A stretch of DNA of 64,000 bases, taken from the NCBI GenBank assembly GCA_964586075.1, contig CAZPGZ010000015.1, positions 1,805-65,804 of the forward strand, written 5' to 3'. Source of the DNA: an uncultured Nitrospiraceae bacterium (GTDB lineage Bacteria; Nitrospirota; UBA9217). The notes under the pieces are model-generated. The model ran no database searches. It worked only from the letters and a program-made list of their open reading frames with translations, and was not told where the DNA came from. Below, piece by piece: positions 58,953-64,000 of the stretch. Made by a program: the position numbers and the translations under genes. Each line of letters begins with the position of its first letter. Position 1 is the stretch's first letter.

Positions 58953-59894
58953 TCAACGATTCTCCGCATCCTGCCCAGCTACCGCCAACCGCATAATTTC
59001 CTCCACCAAATCCGGAAACGATATTCCCACGCCTTTTGCTATTTCGGGCAGCAGGCTTGTGGCTGTCATCCCCGGAAGGGTGTTGACTTCAAGAATATAG
59101 GGCGCTCCGGATTCGTCGATAATGAAATCGACCCGGCTGTACCCACGGCAGCCTATCGCGCGGTGTGCGGCAAGGCCTGCTTCGAGCGTCCTTTTGTATA
59201 CCAAATCCGGTATTCGCGCCGGGAAAAAATGATCGGACATGCCCTGCTCATATTTAGCCGCGTAATCATAAAAAGCGCGCTTCGGAACAATTTCAATTGC
59301 ACCCAGAGCACGGTTTCCGAGAATGCCGACCTGCACTTCCTTGCCTTGTATAAATTTTTCTACCAAGACTTCATCGCCGTATTGAAACGCCAGGTCAATC
59401 GCCGGTGCAATGTCTTCTTTTTTGAAAACAAGGCTTACTCCGACGCTCGAACCTTCGGCATGAGGTTTGATCACCGCGGGAAATTTCAGCTCATCGAACA
59501 GCGCGGGTACCGCGTCTTTCGCGCCCTTATAAATTACTTCGTACGGACCCACCAGCAGCCCTTTTGCCCTGAAGATCTCCTTGGAGACGGTCTTGTTCAT
59601 TCCAAGCGCGCTTGCGAGGATGCCGGACCCCGTGTAGGGGATTCCCATGACTTCCAGCATGCCCTGGATAGCGCCGTCCTCGCCGAACTTGCCGTGCAGT
59701 GCGATAAAGGCCGCATCAATCGAACTGTTCTGGATCTTTTCGGCCGCATCCCTGCCAATATCGATGGAAACAGCATGATACCCTTTTTCCTGCAACGCAT
59801 TCAAAATGGCAGTTCCGCTGGCGAGCGATACGGTTCGCTCGGATGACAGACCGCCCATCAATACGCCGATTTTCCTGTTTGCCAATATCTTCAT
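58953..59894 (-). CDS. ddl: D-alanine--D-alanine ligase
   Basis: An ATP-grasp fold, 'KIGVLMGGLSSEREVSL' and 'YILEVNTLPGMT'. Confidence 0.9.
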   Translation of the reverse strand: MKILANRKIGVLMGGLSSERTVSLASGTAILNALQEKGYHAVSIDIGRDAAEKIQNSSIDAAFIALHGKFGEDGAIQGMLEVMGIPYTGSGILASALGMNKTVSKEIFRAKGLLVGPYEVIYKGAKDAVPALFDELKFPAVIKPHAEGSSVGVSLVFKKEDIAPAIDLAFQYGDEVLVEKFIQGKEVQVGILGNRALGAIEIVPKRAFYDYAAKYEQGMSDHFFPARIPDLVYKRTLEAGLAAHRAIGCRGYSRVDFIIDESGAPYILEVNTLPGMTATSLLPEIAKGVGISFPDLVEEIMRLAVAGQDAENR

Positions 59895-59929
59895 GAGAAT
59901 CCTTTTCGCAGCAGGTGAATGCTCCGGTT

Positions 59930-60838
59930 CTAATCTTCTCCGATGATTTTTATCTCCGGTTCGAGCCGCACTCCATGGACATCCAGAACCGTCTGTTTTA
60001 CGATGTCCATCAAGGCAAGCACGTCGGAGGCCCGCGCAACGCCCGTCGTCACGATGAAATTTGCGTGCTTGTCCGAAACCTGAGCGCCGCCCACCGTTTT
60101 ACCTTTGAGCCCCGCCAGTTCGATCAATCTGCCTGCGGACTGTTCAGCAGGATTTTTGAACACGGACCCGGCGTTGGGATATCCCTGGGGCTGTCGCTGT
60201 TTTCTCGTTGTGAGAAGCTCCAAGACGCGCGCGCCGACTTTTTCCCGATGACCGCGTCGCAGGATCAGCCGCGCCGCCAGCACAATCCATCCTTCCTGCA
60301 CTGAAGAGGTACGGTATCCGAAACCCAGTTCGTCCCCTCCTTTGGTCAGCACTCCTTCCTCGGGTGAGAGGAGGGTCACCGATTCGGTAATATCGCCGAT
60401 TTCTCCGAGCGCGGTGCCCGCATTCATCCTGATGGCGCCCCCTACCGTGCCCGGTATGCCGGCGGCAAATTCAAGGCCTGCATAACCTTTTTCAACAGCA
60501 ACCGCAAGGAGCTTTGCCATCAGTGCGCCGGCTTCCGCGGAGATGAGCGCAAAGCTCCCGCCAATGGAACGATACTCCCGCTCTATAGCGACCGCATTCA
60601 ATCGTTTGAGACTGATCACCACTCCCCGGTAACCACCGTCCCGCACAAGAAGATTGGTCCCGCTGCCGAGGATAAAGTATTTTAGGTTCTGCTCCTTGAT
60701 GCTTTTTAAAAGCAACAGGAGGTCTTCGCTGTTGTCCGGACACGCAAAAAAGTCCGCCGGGCCGCCGATTTTAAACGAAGTGTGTCGGCTCATCGGCTCG
60801 TTTTTGCGCAGCTCTCCCTTTATATCAAGGATGGCCAT
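59930..60838 (-). CDS. murB: UDP-N-acetylenolpyruvoylglucosamine reductase
   Basis: FAD-binding, '[12 protein letters not shown]' and 'GSVFKNP'. Confidence 0.9.
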   Translation of the reverse strand: MAILDIKGELRKNEPMSRHTSFKIGGPADFFACPDNSEDLLLLLKSIKEQNLKYFILGSGTNLLVRDGGYRGVVISLKRLNAVAIEREYRSIGGSFALISAEAGALMAKLLAVAVEKGYAGLEFAAGIPGTVGGAIRMNAGTALGEIGDITESVTLLSPEEGVLTKGGDELGFGYRTSSVQEGWIVLAARLILRRGHREKVGARVLELLTTRKQRQPQGYPNAGSVFKNPAEQSAGRLIELAGLKGKTVGGAQVSDKHANFIVTTGVARASDVLALMDIVKQTVLDVHGVRLEPEIKIIGED

Positions 60839-62204
60839 GTTTCAGTTTCTCCAGAACCTGTTCGCCGATTTTCCAGACGTCCCCCGCCCCCAGTGTCAGC
60901 AGCAGATCGCCTTTTTTGACCGCACCAACCAGATACTCGACGACCGCTCCCCGATCAGGCATAAAAAGAACATCCTTGTGTCCGTGTTTCTTTATGCCTT
61001 CATAGAGTGCCTGGCCTGACACGCCGGGAATCGGTTTCTCACCCGCAGCATAGATGTCCAGAAGGATGACCTTGTCGGCTTGGTTGAACGAGGTAAAAAA
61101 ATCCTTGAACAGATGTTGCGTCCTTGTGTACCGATGGGGCTGGAACACGACCACAACCCTGCGGTCCATGCCGGACGCTGCCGCTGCAAGGGTCGCCTTT
61201 ATTTCCGTGGGATGGTGGCCATAGTCATCCACCACAGTCACACCATTCACATCGCCCTTGATCTGGAACCGCCGCTGCACACCGCTGAATTCCCTGATGG
61301 CTTTGCGTATGACTTCAAGGTCAACGTCCAGCTCCCGCGCCACGGCAATTGCGGCAAGGCTGTTGTTGATGTTGTGAACTCCGGGAACGGAAAGCTCAAA
61401 CAGTCCAAGATCGGTGCCATGATGCACGACTTTGAATGTTGATCCCAGGCCGTGCAGCGCAGCGTCCCGCGCCTGATAATCCGCCTGCGAACTCAAGCCG
61501 TAGGTCTGATAGCGTTTTTGTATCTGCGGTATAAGCGATTGGATATGGGGCTGGTCAAGGCACAGGACCGACACGCCGTAGAAAGGCACTTTATTGACAA
61601 ACGTGAGAAATGCCTGTTTGATTTCGTCGATGTCTTTATAATAATCGAGATGCTCCTCGTCAATGGTCGTCACCACCGCAATCGTCGGCGACAGTTTGAG
61701 GAAACTCCCGTCGCTTTCATCAGCTTCAGCTACAAGAAACTCACCCTGGCCGAGTTTGGCGTTCGTTCCCAGGCTGTTGAGCTTGCCGCCGATCACGACA
61801 GTGGGGTCGATGCCACCCGCCGCAAGCACCGTGGCCACCATGGAAGTCGTTGTGGTTTTTCCGTGAGCTCCGGCAATGGCCACGCCGTATTTAAGTCGCA
61901 TCAGCTCGGCAAGCATCTCGGCCCGGGGAATTACCGGAATCTGTTTTTCTCTCGCCGCGACCACCTCAACGTTTTCTCTGGTAACTGCAGACGAAATCAC
62001 CACAACATGGGGGGAGGTAATGTTCGCCGCGTTGTGTCCGATGGTTATCACACCGCCCAGTCTTCTGAGCCGCTCGGTGGTGTCCGACTCTTTCATGTCC
62101 GAGCCCGAGACCCTGTATCCGAGATTCAGGAGCACTTCGGCAATGCCGCTCATCCCGATGCCGCCGATGCCTACAAAATGAATATGTTTAATTTTTTCGA
62201 ACAT
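60825..62204 (-). CDS. murC: UDP-N-acetylmuramate--L-alanine ligase
   Basis: '[14 protein letters not shown]', '[12 protein letters not shown]'. It overlaps murB by 14 nt. Confidence 0.9.
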   Translation of the reverse strand: MFEKIKHIHFVGIGGIGMSGIAEVLLNLGYRVSGSDMKESDTTERLRRLGGVITIGHNAANITSPHVVVISSAVTRENVEVVAAREKQIPVIPRAEMLAELMRLKYGVAIAGAHGKTTTTSMVATVLAAGGIDPTVVIGGKLNSLGTNAKLGQGEFLVAEADESDGSFLKLSPTIAVVTTIDEEHLDYYKDIDEIKQAFLTFVNKVPFYGVSVLCLDQPHIQSLIPQIQKRYQTYGLSSQADYQARDAALHGLGSTFKVVHHGTDLGLFELSVPGVHNINNSLAAIAVARELDVDLEVIRKAIREFSGVQRRFQIKGDVNGVTVVDDYGHHPTEIKATLAAAASGMDRRVVVVFQPHRYTRTQHLFKDFFTSFNQADKVILLDIYAAGEKPIPGVSGQALYEGIKKHGHKDVLFMPDRGAVVEYLVGAVKKGDLLLTLGAGDVWKIGEQVLEKLKHGHP

Positions 62205-63276
62205 AGTCTTTACAGATTTTTACAATCTCCTCCGCGGTCGTATTTTTCATACGAGGTATATTGGAATCGGACGCCCTGTGTGCAGCCTGTTTTTTTATTA
62301 TCTCCGCCAGCAGCCCACCGGTCAAATCTTTCTGGATAACAACGTCGGCAGCACCGAAATCAGCCAGGGCTCGCGCATTATACTCCTGATGATTGTCCGC
62401 GGCAAAAGGGAAAGGGATCAAAACCGCCCGCTTGCCGCAGACCGCAAGTTCCGCAACACTGGTGGCGCCGGAGCGGGAAACCACAATATCCGCTGCAGCA
62501 TATGCACCTGCCATATCCTCAATATACGGCACTACCACAGCCCGTATGCCGGCCTCCCGATAGCCGGTTGCTACCTCTTCCACATCATACGGACCGGTCT
62601 GGTGAAGCACCTGCAATCCTCGCATGTCTTTCAGAAAAACAGCAGCCTGCTTCATCGCCATGTTAATCGCATGAGCGCCGCCGCTCCCACCCATGATGAA
62701 AACGGTGAATGTTCCCGGCGCCAAGCCAAAGCCTTCACGTGCCTTGCCGCGGTCTCCCGTTTCAATTCCTTTTCTGACCAGCGGCCCAAGCACCACTGTT
62801 TTCCGGGGAGAGAAAAATTTCTGCGCACCGGTACCGGGAAAACAGAGCACAACCTTGTCTGCAAATATTCCCAGTTTTCTGTTCGCAAGCCCTGCGTAAG
62901 AATTCGGCTCGATGATAACCAGGGGCACGCCGAGAATCAGTGCCGCCGCTCCTACCGGCGCGGAAGCATAGCCGCCGACGCCCAGCACGACGTCTGGCCG
63001 CGTCTCACGCAAGAGGCGCAGGGACTGAAAAAGGCCCAGCGGCAATGCCGTGACCGTCTTCAACGCGGAAAGCAGATTCATGCCTTTCAGTTTTCCCGCG
63101 CTGATAAATCTGACCTGCAGCCCTTCCTTCGGGAGCACCCGCGCTTCGATTCCCTGGCTCGTACCGACAAAAAGAACTTCATTGCTTTTTTCCCGAAGCA
63201 GTTCACGCGCGACAGCAATGCCGGGATACAGATGCCCTCCCGTTCCACCGCCTGCAATTAAGACCCGCATTGACAA
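62188..63276 (-). CDS. murG: UDP-GlcNAc:undecaprenyl-PP-MurNAc-pentapeptide GlcNAc transferase
   Basis: '[17 protein letters not shown]'. It overlaps murC by 17 nt. Confidence 0.9.
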   Translation of the reverse strand: MSMRVLIAGGGTGGHLYPGIAVARELLREKSNEVLFVGTSQGIEARVLPKEGLQVRFISAGKLKGMNLLSALKTVTALPLGLFQSLRLLRETRPDVVLGVGGYASAPVGAAALILGVPLVIIEPNSYAGLANRKLGIFADKVVLCFPGTGAQKFFSPRKTVVLGPLVRKGIETGDRGKAREGFGLAPGTFTVFIMGGSGGAHAINMAMKQAAVFLKDMRGLQVLHQTGPYDVEEVATGYREAGIRAVVVPYIEDMAGAYAAADIVVSRSGATSVAELAVCGKRAVLIPFPFAADNHQEYNARALADFGAADVVIQKDLTGGLLAEIIKKQAAHRASDSNIPRMKNTTAEEIVKICKDYVRKN

Positions 63277-63376
63277 AACCTCATGGTCTCCACTATTCTG
63301 TTAAGACTATCATTCTGCAAAGTTGTTCTATAACTCATCACACTGTATCTTTCCGGCAGGTTCTGAAGCGGGACCA

Positions 63377-64000
63377 TCAGCCTGATTCTTTCGAAATATT
63401 CAGCAACACGCCCATTGCTCCCATCGTAATAACCAGCGATGAACCGCCATAACTGACAAGGGGAAGCGCGATTCCTTTCGTGGGCAGCAGTCCGGTCACG
63501 ACGCCCATATTGATCATGCCCTGCAAACAGACGAGCAGCGTGATGCCGAGGGCAAGCATGCGGCTGAATTGCTCATTTGCAGAAAGCGCGATCTGCAGAC
63601 CCCGCCACAGGATAATAAGGAACAAGAGAAGCACGGCAAGCGCGCCGATCAGCCCCAGCTCTTCTCCAATTACGGCATAAATAAAATCGGAATGTCGTTC
63701 GGGCAGAAAAAGCAGTTTTTGCCTCCCTTCACCCAGTCCGCGTCCGAAGATCCCACCGCTGCCGAAAGCCAGGAATGATTGAATAATTTGGTGCCCCGCA
63801 CCCTGCGGGTCGGCCCAGGGGTCAAGATACGAAAAAATCCTGCGCAGTCGATAGGGGCTGTGCACCACGGCAAGATATACTACGGGAAGCGCCGCCAGCA
63901 CCGTACCGCCAAGATGCAGCAGGTTTGCCCCTCCTACAAACAGCATCACCGCGGTCACGCCTGCAATCGTCATGGCCGTTCCAAAGTCCGGCTGCAGCGC
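63377..64000 (-). CDS. ftsW: Peptidoglycan glycosyltransferase FtsW (SEDS family), 3' portion. The N-terminal part lies beyond the window end.
   Basis: A polytopic C-terminal region 'LPTKGIALPLVSYGGSSLVITM' typical of FtsW/RodA. The ORF runs off the right edge. Confidence 0.8.
   Translation of the reverse strand, partial: ALQPDFGTAMTIAGVTAVMLFVGGANLLHLGGTVLAALPVVYLAVVHSPYRLRRIFSYLDPWADPQGAGHQIIQSFLAFGSGGIFGRGLGEGRQKLLFLPERHSDFIYAVIGEELGLIGALAVLLLFLIILWRGLQIALSANEQFSRMLALGITLLVCLQGMINMGVVTGLLPTKGIALPLVSYGGSSLVITMGAMGVLLNISKESG

Noticed and set aside
1-64000. Looked for CRISPR repeats, tRNA/rRNA genes, IS elements, integrases and phage genes
   Set aside because: None were recognised. There are no regularly spaced direct repeats and no transposase- or integrase-like ORFs. 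The region appears to be stable core chromosome.

Overview
This 64 kb window is a gene-dense chromosomal segment from an anaerobic bacterium. The gene content points to a Desulfobacterota/deltaproteobacterium-like organism: many MCP/CheW/GGDEF genes, hopanoid hpn genes, a RACo corrinoid activase and a Gram-negative dcw cluster. No rRNA, tRNA, CRISPR array or obvious transposon/integrase was seen. The order of features is as follows.
(1) A hopanoid side-chain modification cluster: hpnJ-like radical SAM (3' fragment), YdjC/HpnK-like deacetylase, a small 4-TM DMT-half membrane protein, HpnA-like epimerase and HpnI-like GT2, followed by mlaA, glgP and pldA.
(2) Two exported lipoproteins, a PAS hybrid histidine kinase, a Uup-like ABC-F ATPase, an MCP, ppnP, a short Nramp-like membrane protein and ettA.
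(3) A ThiF/MoeB – DUF2156 – PpsR(DUF299) triad.
(4) A metal-homeostasis island: UspA, P-type ATPase 1, an AcsE/MtrH-like pterin-binding protein, a wHTH + Mrr-like PD-(D/E)xK protein, a yybP-ykoY (Mn2+) riboswitch directly at the start of the leader of P-type ATPase 2, and a TerC-family protein.
(5) An SDR, a REC-GGDEF regulator, pepE, an unannotated 59-aa Cys-rich ORF, cheW and an MCP.
(6) A RACo corrinoid activase, NlpC/P60, a YkgJ-like Cys-rich protein and a speH-speE-decarboxylase polyamine operon with a highly structured leader.
(7) A second Usp, a Tat nitroreductase, LysR, nupC, TPR, MBL and TrmJ-like genes, and finally the dcw cluster ftsW(partial)-murG-murC-murB-ddl-ftsQ-ftsA-ftsZ on the minus strand.
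The most novel-looking material is the riboswitch-linked P-type ATPase island with its two unusual passenger genes, the DUF2156/ThiF/PpsR triad, and the sub-threshold Cys-rich ORF.
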